Shown piece after piece: positions 1 through 8,392 of a stretch of 32,000 bases of DNA. The stretch spans positions 2,730,001-2,762,000 of the forward strand of contig NZ_LT549890.1 in assembly GCF_900079115.1 (NCBI RefSeq), written 5' to 3'. The notes under the pieces were generated by a model that was not told where the DNA came from, did no database searches, and worked only from the letters and a program-made list of their open reading frames with translations. Positions within the stretch are counted from its first letter, which is position 1, and every line of letters begins with the position of its first letter. This DNA comes from Saccharolobus solfataricus (GTDB lineage: Archaea > Thermoproteota > Thermoprotei_A > Sulfolobales > Sulfolobaceae). A program made the position numbers and the translations under genes.

Positions 1-591
1 CACTTTGGAAATAGGGAAGTCTTGTTAAAAGCATTAAAGGACAGTGGATTATCCCCATTAGACATTGATGGGGTTATACTATCACATATGCACTATGATC
101 ATTCTCTTAACTCACTATTATTTCCGAACGCCAAAGTTTACACTACTAGGGAGGAGGTTGAATACACAAAAAACACTCCAGATAATTATTCAGTTACTTA
201 CCTACCAGATCTTTTAAGGGAGAGAATAGTTCTAGTAAAGAATAATGAACAACTAGATGGTCTGAAGTTTATTCTATTGCCTGGTCATACAGGTGGAAGT
301 TTGGGTGTAATGTATAAGGACACCATTTTCGTTGGAGATGCCATTAAATACATTATTGACGCAAAAAATGGTGAAACGTCATTTGCGTATTACGATATTA
401 CAGAAGCTAATAAGAGCATTAGAAAAGTATTAAAACTTGCCAATAAAGTAGTACCTGGTCATGATGCTCCATTTACTATAGTAAGAGATTCCAATAAGAT
501 AGAGATCATTCCAGATTCGGATCTGATTAACAAGGAATTTACCGTATACACCAGAAGTGACGAACCTAAAATACTCATTAGAAGAGTCTAA
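1..591 (+). CDS. MBL-fold metallo-hydrolase (beta-lactamase-like), 5' end cut by window edge
   Basis: Frame 1 is open from nt 1 (HFGNREV precedes the listed Met at 22). Motifs HMHYDH (HxHxDH zinc site), LLPGHTGGS, VVPGHD. Confidence 0.8.
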   Translation, partial: HFGNREVLLKALKDSGLSPLDIDGVILSHMHYDHSLNSLLFPNAKVYTTREEVEYTKNTPDNYSVTYLPDLLRERIVLVKNNEQLDGLKFILLPGHTGGSLGVMYKDTIFVGDAIKYIIDAKNGETSFAYYDITEANKSIRKVLKLANKVVPGHDAPFTIVRDSNKIEIIPDSDLINKEFTVYTRSDEPKILIRRV

Positions 592-844
592 TTCAGTTAA
601 AACTTTTACAGCAAAATCGAGTAGTAGTTTTAGGAAATTCCCTTATCATAAAAAGTCAAAATATTTATCCATGTATTTATAAATATCTTTCATTGTACTT
701 CTTAATATTATAGCTTATCAATAAGCATTTCTCATCTAACCAGGAAAGATTTATTATATATTTTTAATGTAACGTAAAAGTGTAACGATTTTCCTATAAA
801 TGCTAATCGAGTTATAGAAGTTCATGAATAATATTTATTGTTAA

Positions 845-1103
845 GGAGCGATTCGGGTTTGCTTTACGATTTCAATTTATTTCTATAGAATCCTTTAGAA
901 TAATTGATTCTACATTTCAAAGACTAATAAGGGACAAGCGTGAAGGAATATCGTGTTAATAGTACCAATAGAACAAACCATTATGCTCTCCCTAATATAC
1001 TTCTTAAAGACGCATTATAAAACATATGTACACAATAATTTCTTCATTTAATTACCCTTAATCAGATGAGATATTACCATTTGTAAAGGAAACTTGAATA
1101 TTC
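845..1103. repeat. MITE-like element, family I (TIR about GGGCGATTCAAGTTTCCTTTAC)
   Basis: GGAGCGATTCGGGTTTGCTTTACG at 845-868 and the inverted partner GTAAAGGAAACTTGAATATTC at 1083-1103. The first ~80 bp is similar to 17274-17350, and the terminal ~22 bp to 6399-6420. Confidence 0.35.
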
Positions 1104-1120
1104 TTTAAAATATAAACACA

Positions 1121-1987
1121 CTAACTTGATTTGTAAATCTTTATTGGATTTTCTAATCTACCTATCTTCTCGACTTCAGCTACCATTAGTGCGCTTTCAA
1201 TTGGCTTTAGGTTAAACTCAGAAGCGTCAGAAACGTTAGTATAACCAATGCTTCCAGTAGATATTACACTAAACGGGGGAATTGTAACTATTTTTGATAG
1301 CTCTGATAGTATTTCCTCTATAGAGAATATAAATTCACTTGAATACCCATCTTGTACTAATTCACCATTGTAATAACTTCTCATCCTTAAGGAGTTAACA
1401 TCGCCTATCTCTTCCTCGGTGACAATATAAGGTCCTATTGGAGCAAAGGTATCCCTAACCTTATTCCTAAAATGAGTACCCCTCATTAATAGCTTCTTAA
1501 CATTACCATCTGTAGGATCTCTTCGCATAGCGTAATACGAGTCTTCCTTTAGACCGGGAGGATAAGTTATATCATTAAATACCGTATATCCTAGGATATA
1601 TTTCTTAACATCGCTTCTGCTCACGTCTTTCATTTTGAATCTGGTTATAACTCCAATTTCCACCTCGGGTCTTATGGCATCCGGGGGAGATATAATAGGC
1701 TGTCTATGAGCTATTGCCACAGTGGGGAGTTTTATGAAAAATTTCGGACTTTTCACCATTTCCTTAGCTTCATTTTTGTCATTAACCCCGACCATTTTAG
1801 GCGAATTCACTAATGTGCATATTATTGCTGACGGCTGTATCGGAATATCCACATTTATTTCGTCTAATCTATAGGAATTTCCTCTTTCCTCCTCCTTACC
1901 AATTTCAGAAATCTCATATACATAGTTTCCTTCAACTACGCCTATCTTCCTAAGGTTACCAACGTAAAATGAAACATATCTAACCAT
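1121..1987 (-). CDS. Fumarylacetoacetate hydrolase (FAH) family protein (2-keto-4-pentenoate hydratase / oxaloacetate decarboxylase-like)
   Basis: 288 aa with a typical FAH C-terminal domain pattern: [43 protein letters not shown]. Confidence 0.85.
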   Translation of the reverse strand: MVRYVSFYVGNLRKIGVVEGNYVYEISEIGKEEERGNSYRLDEINVDIPIQPSAIICTLVNSPKMVGVNDKNEAKEMVKSPKFFIKLPTVAIAHRQPIISPPDAIRPEVEIGVITRFKMKDVSRSDVKKYILGYTVFNDITYPPGLKEDSYYAMRRDPTDGNVKKLLMRGTHFRNKVRDTFAPIGPYIVTEEEIGDVNSLRMRSYYNGELVQDGYSSEFIFSIEEILSELSKIVTIPPFSVISTGSIGYTNVSDASEFNLKPIESALMVAEVEKIGRLENPIKIYKSS

Positions 1988-2092
1988 AGTATAGTCTAAT
2001 TCTAGTAGAGGTAGATATGTGTTTAATCAAACTAGTTTTATCGCACTAGTTTTAGGAAAAACTATTAAGCAGTAAACCATAATTTTCTACCA

Positions 2093-4147
2093 ATGATAAG
2101 AGAAGATCTTCCGAAAATAACTGGAAAAGGAACGTACATTGATGATATTGACCCTAGGAACACGGTTTATCTAGGCATAATTAGGTCACCCATAGCTAGA
2201 GGTATTATAAAGAGCATATCAAGACCAGAAAAAGCTCTGCTTACTCTAACGTGGGAAGACGTTAAGATTTACATGCCAGTAAGAGTAGATCCAGAGACAC
2301 TAAAGCAATCTAACATAGTGAAAATGCCTATTCTAGCTGATGGTAAAGTAAATTTCGTTGGACAACCAGTCTTAGCTTATGTCGTAGAGGACAGATACGC
2401 GATTGAGGACATTGCGGACGAGATGTCAATAGAGTACGAGGAACTTAAGCCAATTATTGACGTGGAAAAAGCTATGAACAGTGACGATGAGATACATTCC
2501 GGGGCTAAAAGAAATATCTCAGTGAATAAACTACTAGAAGGGGGAGAGCTATCTGCTAAGAAAAGAGCAGAAGTTGTAGTAAGCAGGAAGATAAATCAAG
2601 CTAGAATAATTTCAAATCCTATGGAGCCTAAGGGGATTATAGCACATTGGGATGGAGAGTATTTAAATATATATGGCTCTTTTCAATCCTCTTTTAGAAT
2701 AAAGAACGATTTAAGGGAGACCTTAAACCTATCCCCGGAGAAAATTAGGGTGTATTCTCCCCAAAACGTTGGAGGGGGATTTGGAAATAAGGTACCAGCT
2801 CACCCCGAGTATGTGATAGCTTCTATTGCGTCAATGAAATTAGGTAGACCAGTAAAATGGATAGAGACTAGATATGAGCACTTAAAAAATCCCACAGTTG
2901 GGAGAGGAGTTCTATCTGATGTGAAAATGTATGCCACTAAGCAAGGTGAAATACTAGGAATAGAGGGTTATGTGGCTGTAGATTTAGGCGCATATAATTA
3001 CACATTAAATCCTACAACCCCAGCATTCATAGCTCAACTGCTTACTGGACCTTATAAAATGAGGTTTGCGTCAATCAGAGCCTATGGAATATTCACAAAC
3101 TTGCCTCCCACTGGCCCTTATAGGGGTGCTGGTAGACCAGAGGCTGCTTTAATTCATGAGACTTTGGTTGAGGATTTGGCTGAGGAGTTGGGTGTGGATT
3201 CTGTTGAGATTAGGAGGAGGAATTTGATTAGTGATAATGGTTACGTTACTCCTTTGGGTGTTAGGATTGATCCTGCTGGTTATAATGAGGTGTTGAATGA
3301 GGCTGAGAAGTATTATAGGAAGGCTAAGGAGGTTTATAAGGACAAGGGAGTTTCAATAGTGGTATTTACAGATATTATAAGGCTATCTCCAGGGGAAGGA
3401 GCGAGAGTAAGAATAGAGAACGGGAAAATTAAGATCTTTGTGGGAACAGGACCTCATGGTCAAGCTCATGGTGATACGTTTTCGAAGCTAGCTTCAGAGA
3501 CATTGGGAATTCCTCAAGATTTAATCGAAGTAGTTGCCAACACAACTGATGGAGTAAAAGAAGGAATAGGGAGTTTCGGTTCTAGAAGTGCAACTGTAGG
3601 AGGTTCAGCAGTTATCGAAGCTTGTAGGCAGTTATTAAGCAAAGTTAATATGCCTATAGATAAAGCGCTGAAGGAGATGAATGGTATGGAGGCGGAAATA
3701 TTCTATAAATCAGATGATATATTTTCACCTGGTTCTCATGTTGCAGTTGTTGACGTAGATAGAGATACTGGATTCGTTAAGGTTCTTGAGTACTATGCCG
3801 TAGATGACGTGGGCAGAATCCTAATAAAGGAAGAAGTAGAAGGTCAAATTATTGGTGGAGTATTACAAGGTGTTTCGCAAGTATTATGGGAACATGCACC
3901 CTATGATGAAAATGGAAATCCGCTATTCTCGTCAATTGCAGACTGTGGAGTTCCGACTGCTGTTGAAGCGAGTTATAAGGTTTATGTTAGTGAGGTTGAA
4001 TATCCATCTGCAACTTCAGCTAAAAGCAGAGGAGTAGGAGAAGCGGGAACAACTGGTGGATTACCTGCCGTATTCTTGGCCCTAGAGAAAATTACACATA
4101 GAAAGTTTAATAAAACTCCAATATATCCTTGGGATATTACAAGATAG
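2093..4147 (+). CDS. Molybdopterin-binding large subunit of the aldehyde oxidase / xanthine dehydrogenase / CO-dehydrogenase family (CutA/CoxL-like)
   Basis: 684 aa. N-terminal a/b-hammerhead style start (ITGKGTYIDDI), GGGFGNK, PYRGAGRPEA, GQAHGDTFSKLASE, SRGVGEAGT. No FAD or 2Fe-2S subunit genes adjacent. Confidence 0.85.
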   Translation: MIREDLPKITGKGTYIDDIDPRNTVYLGIIRSPIARGIIKSISRPEKALLTLTWEDVKIYMPVRVDPETLKQSNIVKMPILADGKVNFVGQPVLAYVVEDRYAIEDIADEMSIEYEELKPIIDVEKAMNSDDEIHSGAKRNISVNKLLEGGELSAKKRAEVVVSRKINQARIISNPMEPKGIIAHWDGEYLNIYGSFQSSFRIKNDLRETLNLSPEKIRVYSPQNVGGGFGNKVPAHPEYVIASIASMKLGRPVKWIETRYEHLKNPTVGRGVLSDVKMYATKQGEILGIEGYVAVDLGAYNYTLNPTTPAFIAQLLTGPYKMRFASIRAYGIFTNLPPTGPYRGAGRPEAALIHETLVEDLAEELGVDSVEIRRRNLISDNGYVTPLGVRIDPAGYNEVLNEAEKYYRKAKEVYKDKGVSIVVFTDIIRLSPGEGARVRIENGKIKIFVGTGPHGQAHGDTFSKLASETLGIPQDLIEVVANTTDGVKEGIGSFGSRSATVGGSAVIEACRQLLSKVNMPIDKALKEMNGMEAEIFYKSDDIFSPGSHVAVVDVDRDTGFVKVLEYYAVDDVGRILIKEEVEGQIIGGVLQGVSQVLWEHAPYDENGNPLFSSIADCGVPTAVEASYKVYVSEVEYPSATSAKSRGVGEAGTTGGLPAVFLALEKITHRKFNKTPIYPWDITR

Positions 4148-4156
4148 CGAAATGTT

Positions 4157-4166
4157 GATTTTTTGT
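4157..4166 (+). terminator. T-tract just downstream of the molybdopterin subunit gene
   Basis: GATTTTTTGT begins about 10 nt after the stop codon. Sulfolobales terminate at oligo-T tracts (established knowledge). No experimental support here. Confidence 0.25.
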
Positions 4167-4463
4167 CTTATTAAATTTTATATTTTCGGATCAAGGATTA
4201 GACTACTTCCCTATTGAGAGTTGGTTTCCTTAAAAATACCTATGTTAGGAAAAATTGAAAAAGGAGGGAGTTTTATTATCATTACTATTAATTCATTATA
4301 TCATCAGATAATACCATTTATTTGATTCTCTTATGAATGCACTTAAAAGTGCTTGACACCTTTCCGGCCTTTAGGCAGTTCATAGGTTTATGGTTTACCG
4401 CCGTTGCCAACAGTTTCCGATAAACCGTAAAGTTTATATTATTTTGACACAAACTCTTATACA

Positions 4464-5048
4464 ATGCTAAGACCTAAGGAAGCATGCCAAAGACTAGGAA
4501 TATCCTATGCAACACTTAGAGAATACGTTAAGAAAGGATACATAAAACCAGTTATACTACAGAGCGGAAAATGGAGATTCAGAGAAGAAGACATAGAGAG
4601 GCTAATGGGAATTATTAGAAAAAGAAAAGTAATACTTTACGCTAGAGTATCATCAAACACACAAAAAGACGATCTAGCAAACCAAGTAAAATATCTAGAG
4701 GAACAGGTCAAGGAGTACGACCTCGTAATTACTGACATTGGTTCCGGGTTAAACATGAAGAGAAAGGGGTTCTTGAAGTTGTTGAGAATGATACTGAACA
4801 ACGAAGTATCACGCGTAATAACAGCTTACCCAGACAGACTTGTTAGATTCGGTTTCGAAATCCTAGAGGAAGTGTGCAAAGCACACAACTGTGAAATAGT
4901 AGTACTAAACCAAGAGGACAAGACACCAGAAGAAGAATTGGTCGAAGACTTAGCCACAATACTAGTCTCATTCAGTGGAAAACTACACGGAATGAGGAGT
5001 CAAAAATACGAAAAGGTGAAGAAATGTGCTGAAGAACTTAAGAATTAG
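4464..5048 (+). CDS. tnpA: IS607-type serine recombinase (MerR-like HTH + resolvase catalytic domain)
   Basis: N-terminal HTH (ACQRLGISYATLREYVKKGYIKP). Catalytic serine context ILYARVSSNTQKDDL. Overlaps tnpB by 23 nt. Confidence 0.9.
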   Translation: MLRPKEACQRLGISYATLREYVKKGYIKPVILQSGKWRFREEDIERLMGIIRKRKVILYARVSSNTQKDDLANQVKYLEEQVKEYDLVITDIGSGLNMKRKGFLKLLRMILNNEVSRVITAYPDRLVRFGFEILEEVCKAHNCEIVVLNQEDKTPEEELVEDLATILVSFSGKLHGMRSQKYEKVKKCAEELKN

Positions 5049-6300
5049 AAAATTTGAACCGGAAGAGGAATACGTGTACTTCACGTACTCCATCAAGAAC
5101 GACAAGAGGGAGAAGAGCAAAGAGCTAATTAGGGAATACACAACACTACTACAGAAAGCAATCGACTACTTGTGGAATTTAACGAAAATACAAGTAAGAA
5201 AAAAGAACGGTAATTACAAGATAACACTACCGAAGAAGAGGGAGGTGTATAAACCACTTAGGGAAGAGTTGGAGAAGATCAACCACCTTGCATCACACTA
5301 CGTCGATAAGGCAATTAATGACGCATTCTCGATCTTGAAGTCGTGGAGGAAAAGGGCCATAAAGGGGAGAGCTTCGATTGAAAAACCAAGGGTGAAGAAG
5401 GCTTACGTTAGGATAAAGACGACTCTGAGGAAGGTTGTTGGGGAAAGCGTTAGAATAACGGTAAGACCTCATGAGTACATCACCTTCTCGTGGAGTAAGT
5501 CATGGTTCTCAAGAAGGGTTAGGGAGTTGGAACTTGGTGAACCTATAATTAAGGAGGAGAAAGTGTATTTGCCATTTCGTTACAAGTTACCCTGGGCAAC
5601 ACCAGTGGATTTCTTGGCCATTGACTCCAACCTTTATACTCTAGATGCTTATGATGGTGAGAAATTCGTTACAATCTCACTAAAGCAGTTGTACTCCCTT
5701 AAGTACTCTATGGAGGTGAAGAGGGCTAAGGTGCAATCATTTGCATCAAAGCACACGAAGAGGGGGAGAGAGTTGATGAGGAAGTATTCGCATAGGGAGA
5801 GGAATCGCGTTCTAGATTTTGTTCACAAGTTTGTTAACACTTTGTTGGACTTGTACCCCATGACGTTTTTCGCTGTGGAAAAGCTTAACAAAGAGAGTAT
5901 GTTTAAGGATGCTAATGACTCTCTTTCGAGGAAGATTTCTAGGACTGTTTGGGGGAGTATACACAGAGTGTTGAAGTACAAGGCTCCGCTTTACGGTTCT
6001 TTCGTTAAGGAAGTGAACCCACGCTTTACATCTAGGTCTTGCCCCAGATGTGGGTTTGTATCCCGAAAGGTTGGTAAGACCTTTGAGTGTGAGAGGTGTG
6101 GGTTCAAGTTGGATAGGCAATTGAATGCTTCACTGAATATTTATCTCAAGATGTGCGGATTCCCTCACATCCGTGAAATAGCGCGGGTGTGGGTTGGGGT
6201 TATTCCGCTAATGGGGCGGAGAGGGATGAACGGGTTTCCCCGTGACTTTGGTGAAGCCCAAGGGCTGAGGATTGATATTGAATATCATGAAATCCCATGA
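5026..6300 (+). CDS. tnpB: TnpB (OrfB) RNA-guided RuvC-like endonuclease
   Basis: 424 aa. Candidate RuvC triad: D in FLAIDSNLY, E in FFAVEKLNK, D in KLDRQLNASLNI. Zinc finger CPRCG...CERCG. Confidence 0.9.
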   Translation: MLKNLRIRKFEPEEEYVYFTYSIKNDKREKSKELIREYTTLLQKAIDYLWNLTKIQVRKKNGNYKITLPKKREVYKPLREELEKINHLASHYVDKAINDAFSILKSWRKRAIKGRASIEKPRVKKAYVRIKTTLRKVVGESVRITVRPHEYITFSWSKSWFSRRVRELELGEPIIKEEKVYLPFRYKLPWATPVDFLAIDSNLYTLDAYDGEKFVTISLKQLYSLKYSMEVKRAKVQSFASKHTKRGRELMRKYSHRERNRVLDFVHKFVNTLLDLYPMTFFAVEKLNKESMFKDANDSLSRKISRTVWGSIHRVLKYKAPLYGSFVKEVNPRFTSRSCPRCGFVSRKVGKTFECERCGFKLDRQLNASLNIYLKMCGFPHIREIARVWVGVIPLMGRRGMNGFPRDFGEAQGLRIDIEYHEIP

Positions 6301-6333
6301 AGCCCAAACCCCTTCACCCTCATAACCTAACAG
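6205..6333 (+). ncRNA. Predicted omega-RNA (scaffold 6205-6313 overlapping the tnpB 3' end, plus about 20 nt of flanking guide)
   Basis: Hairpins ACGGG-TTTC-CCCGT (6230-6243), GCCC-AA-GGGC, GATAT-TGA-ATATC nested in GGATT...AATCC. The same ~107 nt is conserved as an orphan copy at 13663-13769 with a compensatory stem change. The position matches known TnpB omega-RNAs. Extent not verified. Confidence 0.55.
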
Positions 6334-6398
6334 CTAGTGGGTGTTCTCATCCACCCCGCTCCATTCATCCAGTAGTAGACCGCGGGTTGGTCTTCAGC

Positions 6399-6579
6399 GG
6401 GTGATTCAAGTCTCCTTTGCGAATTGTAATTTGTAAATAATGTGGTTGTAAAAATGTTAACATTGATAATTATGTACCTCTACTAGTTAGTCGTCTTCAT
6501 CTAGTTAAATTCGTAGTAATCTTTAAAATAAAGTGGATTCACACTAGATAACTGAATCGCCCGGAAACTTGAATCGCCC
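6399..6579. repeat. MITE-like element, family I (~181 bp)
   Basis: Inverted termini GGGTGATTCAAGTCTCC (6399-6415) and GGAAACTTGAATCGCCC (6563-6579). An extra partial end copy ACTGAATCGCCC lies at 6551-6562. No ORF. Confidence 0.45.
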
Positions 6580-6625
6580 AAGTCTCTTAAGTCAGATTTA
6601 AATTATTATAAGAGCAATTTAACAT

Positions 6626-7351
6626 GTGAGCTTAGAAGAAGAAATTAAAAAAGTACTACTTAATAATCCATCGATATTAGTGGATGTCCTAACTGCTAAA
6701 CCAGAGATAGTTTATCAAGTTTTGGCTAGGCTAACACCATGGCAAAGCCTGGCTACAAAGCAAGATGTCGAAAGACTAGACAAAGAAATAGAAGAGGTCA
6801 AGAAAACAATGGCTACAAAGCAAGATGTCGAAAGACTAGACAAAGAAATAGAAGAGGTCAAGAAAACAATGGCTACAAAGCAAGATGTCGAAAGACTAGA
6901 CAAAGAAATAGAAGAGGTCAAGAAAACAATGGCTACAAAAGAGGACTTAAAGAGGTTAGAAACTATTATTACTGGTCTTGGGGCTAGATGGGGAATTTTG
7001 AATGAGGATTCATTTAGGCAAGGGATTAGTGAGATTTTGAGTAATAGTGGTTGGAAAATCTCTAGAGAGGTCCTTTATGATAGGGATGGATATGTTTATG
7101 ATGAACCATCTGATGTTGAATATGATATTGTAGTTAAAGACAGTAGTGTCATACTGGTTGAGATCACTTCCTCTATAAGGAGAGGGGATTTACCAACAAT
7201 AAAGAAGAAGAAGGAGTTCTACGAAAAAGTCAAGAATATTAAGGTTAACTTAGTTTACGTTATAACACCCTTTATTCATGACAGATACCCAGAAAGAATC
7301 AAGGCAATGGCTAAGGATATGGGGATAGAAATAATATACCCCTCAAGTTGA
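6626..7351 (+). CDS. Coiled-coil repeat protein with a C-terminal PD-(D/E)XK-like domain (possibly DUF3782-type, from memory)
   Basis: GTG start, 241 aa. Three identical 20-aa repeats MATKQDVERLDKEIEEVKKT plus a degenerate fourth. C-terminal EYDIVVKDSSVILVEITSS resembles a D...ExK/T nuclease-fold core. Confidence 0.7.
   Translation: MSLEEEIKKVLLNNPSILVDVLTAKPEIVYQVLARLTPWQSLATKQDVERLDKEIEEVKKTMATKQDVERLDKEIEEVKKTMATKQDVERLDKEIEEVKKTMATKEDLKRLETIITGLGARWGILNEDSFRQGISEILSNSGWKISREVLYDRDGYVYDEPSDVEYDIVVKDSSVILVEITSSIRRGDLPTIKKKKEFYEKVKNIKVNLVYVITPFIHDRYPERIKAMAKDMGIEIIYPSS
6751..6930 (+). repeat. Perfect 3 x 60-bp tandem repeat (in-frame, inside the CDS)
   Basis: 6751-6810, 6811-6870 and 6871-6930 are identical base for base. 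A diverged fourth unit starts at 6931. Confidence 0.98.
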
Positions 7352-7354
7352 TTA

Positions 7355-7455
7355 CTGACTTCCTTATATAAAACATATATTAGTCAGATCTGCGTAATAC
7401 AGATCTGACCGGAGTGGAGGCCGTTTACTTCCTTGGGCTTAGAGTTCGAGAGAGT
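7355..7455 (+). repeat. Conserved TATA + hairpin element, copy A
   Basis: About 85-90% identical to 15560-15660 in the same orientation. CCTTATATAAAAC, then a perfect 10-bp stem GTCAGATCTG / CAGATCTGAC (7383-7392 / 7400-7409) with loop CGTAATA, then a conserved GAGGCCGTT..GGGCTTAGAG.TCGA tail. Confidence 0.6.
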
Positions 7456-7614
7456 GTTCCAGACTCAAATAACTGAATAGCGATAATAGGAGAGAAATGC
7501 AATATTATAGAAAGTAAGAAGTGAAATACAATTAAATCTTTCAATACAACGAAAGATTAATTTTATATTATAGTAGAAAATATTCAAATGTAGAGAAAAA
7601 CAGAATTTCCAACA

Positions 7615-7663
7615 GGGAGTGTTCTCATGCAGTCATCTTATTCGATATCATATAGTAAAATTA
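7615..7663. repeat. Left 49-bp terminal inverted repeat of the IS1-like element
   Basis: GGGAGTGTTCTCATGCAGTCATCTTATTCGATATCATATAGTAAAATTA is the exact reverse complement of 10990-11038. Confidence 0.9.
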
Positions 7664-7859
7664 AATCAGGCTAGAAATTTTCACAATTAATCGTTTCGAT
7701 CGAGATGCAGCCAATGAATTAAAACGTGAAAACAGCCTCTGAAAAAGCTTATGTGCGAGGGCGTTCAGTAATAAATCTTTCGGTCAAATTTTGAGCATAG
7801 TATCAGCTACTATTGCCACGCGGACTCTTTCAATCCACGTTAGTATTTCCGGAAAGTTC

Positions 7860-8387
7860 TTAGACTTCAATTTTATCTAATCCTAGGTATGTTATTGCAT
7901 TAAGATTAAATCTATACTTATTTTCTTCAAAGAACTGTTTAATACAGTTTTTAACGTCTTCTATCGTATAGAATATTTTATTGCTCATGTAGTTCTTGAG
8001 GGACTTGAAGACCGCCTCAGCCATATTAAGCTCAGGCGAGTAAGGAGGAGTAAACACGGGATGAATACCCTTCCTGCGACAAACCTCAAGCGTACCCTTA
8101 GTCTTGTGAGGAGAGTAATTATCCATGACCATGTAAACCCTACCACTACCCACACGCCTCTTAAAGTACCTCAAGAAATACTTAACGGATTCAGAGTTAG
8201 GCCTTTTAGCAAGAGAAACCACTACTTCGCCGGTCCAAGCGTTTATAGCTAGAATAACATAGATTGAGGAAAAACCTATATTGACGCGCATTACGGGCTT
8301 ACTGCCAACCTTAGCTAGAACCTTCTTAATTGACGTGCTAATTACTGTCCTACACTCGTCTAGAAAGAACAGTGCCTTTCTTTCCAA
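7860..8387 (-). CDS. IS630-family transposase, DDE catalytic part (orfB, TTG start or frameshift fusion)
   Basis: FFLDE, VMDNYSPHK, PPYSPELNMAE (the DD(34)E-type region of IS630/Tc1). Confidence 0.85.
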   Translation of the reverse strand: MERKALFFLDECRTVISTSIKKVLAKVGSKPVMRVNIGFSSIYVILAINAWTGEVVVSLAKRPNSESVKYFLRYFKRRVGSGRVYMVMDNYSPHKTKGTLEVCRRKGIHPVFTPPYSPELNMAEAVFKSLKNYMSNKIFYTIEDVKNCIKQFFEENKYRFNLNAITYLGLDKIEV

Positions 8388-8392
8388 TTTCT

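Larger units (their letters stand above)
4401..6313 (+). mobile_element. IS607-family element (ISC1913-like): serine recombinase + TnpB
   Basis: Overlapping recombinase and tnpB genes. The right end is placed where homology to the orphan relic at 13663-13769 stops (AAACCCCT). The left end is only inferred, from the ~1.9 kb size of this IS type, and could lie anywhere in 4335-4440. A 14-bp palindrome GCACTTAAAAGTGC lies at 4339-4352. Confidence 0.7.

Noticed and set aside
3852-4037. Short ORFs nested in or antisense to larger genes: 3852-4037, 5812-6120, 8061-8252, 8418-8717, 8542-8727, 16161-16436, 18021-18269, 18062-18292, 18333-18554, 18880-19065, 19381-19614, 20053-20448, 21319-21531, 24395-24634, 24914-25123, 27613-27795, 28842-29072, 30404-30589
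   Set aside because: All lie entirely within longer ORFs that carry clear family motifs. They have low-complexity or odd composition and no motifs of their own, so they are treated as shadow ORFs.
4296-4312. C-box-like CTGATGA on the minus strand as a C/D box sRNA
   Set aside because: No D box (CTGA) or C'/D' boxes occur at the expected spacing downstream, and the preceding base does not fit RUGAUGA.
6751-6930. Possible CRISPR array
   Set aside because: The units are contiguous with no spacers, are in-frame coding sequence, and have no leader or cas genes nearby. It is a coding tandem repeat.
6715-6987. ORFs 6715-6921 (minus) and 6739-6987 (plus) with internally repeated peptides
   Set aside because: These are alternative-frame readings of the 3 x 60-bp tandem repeat. 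The repeat keeps every frame open. Only the 6626-7351 frame continues into a plausible folded domain.
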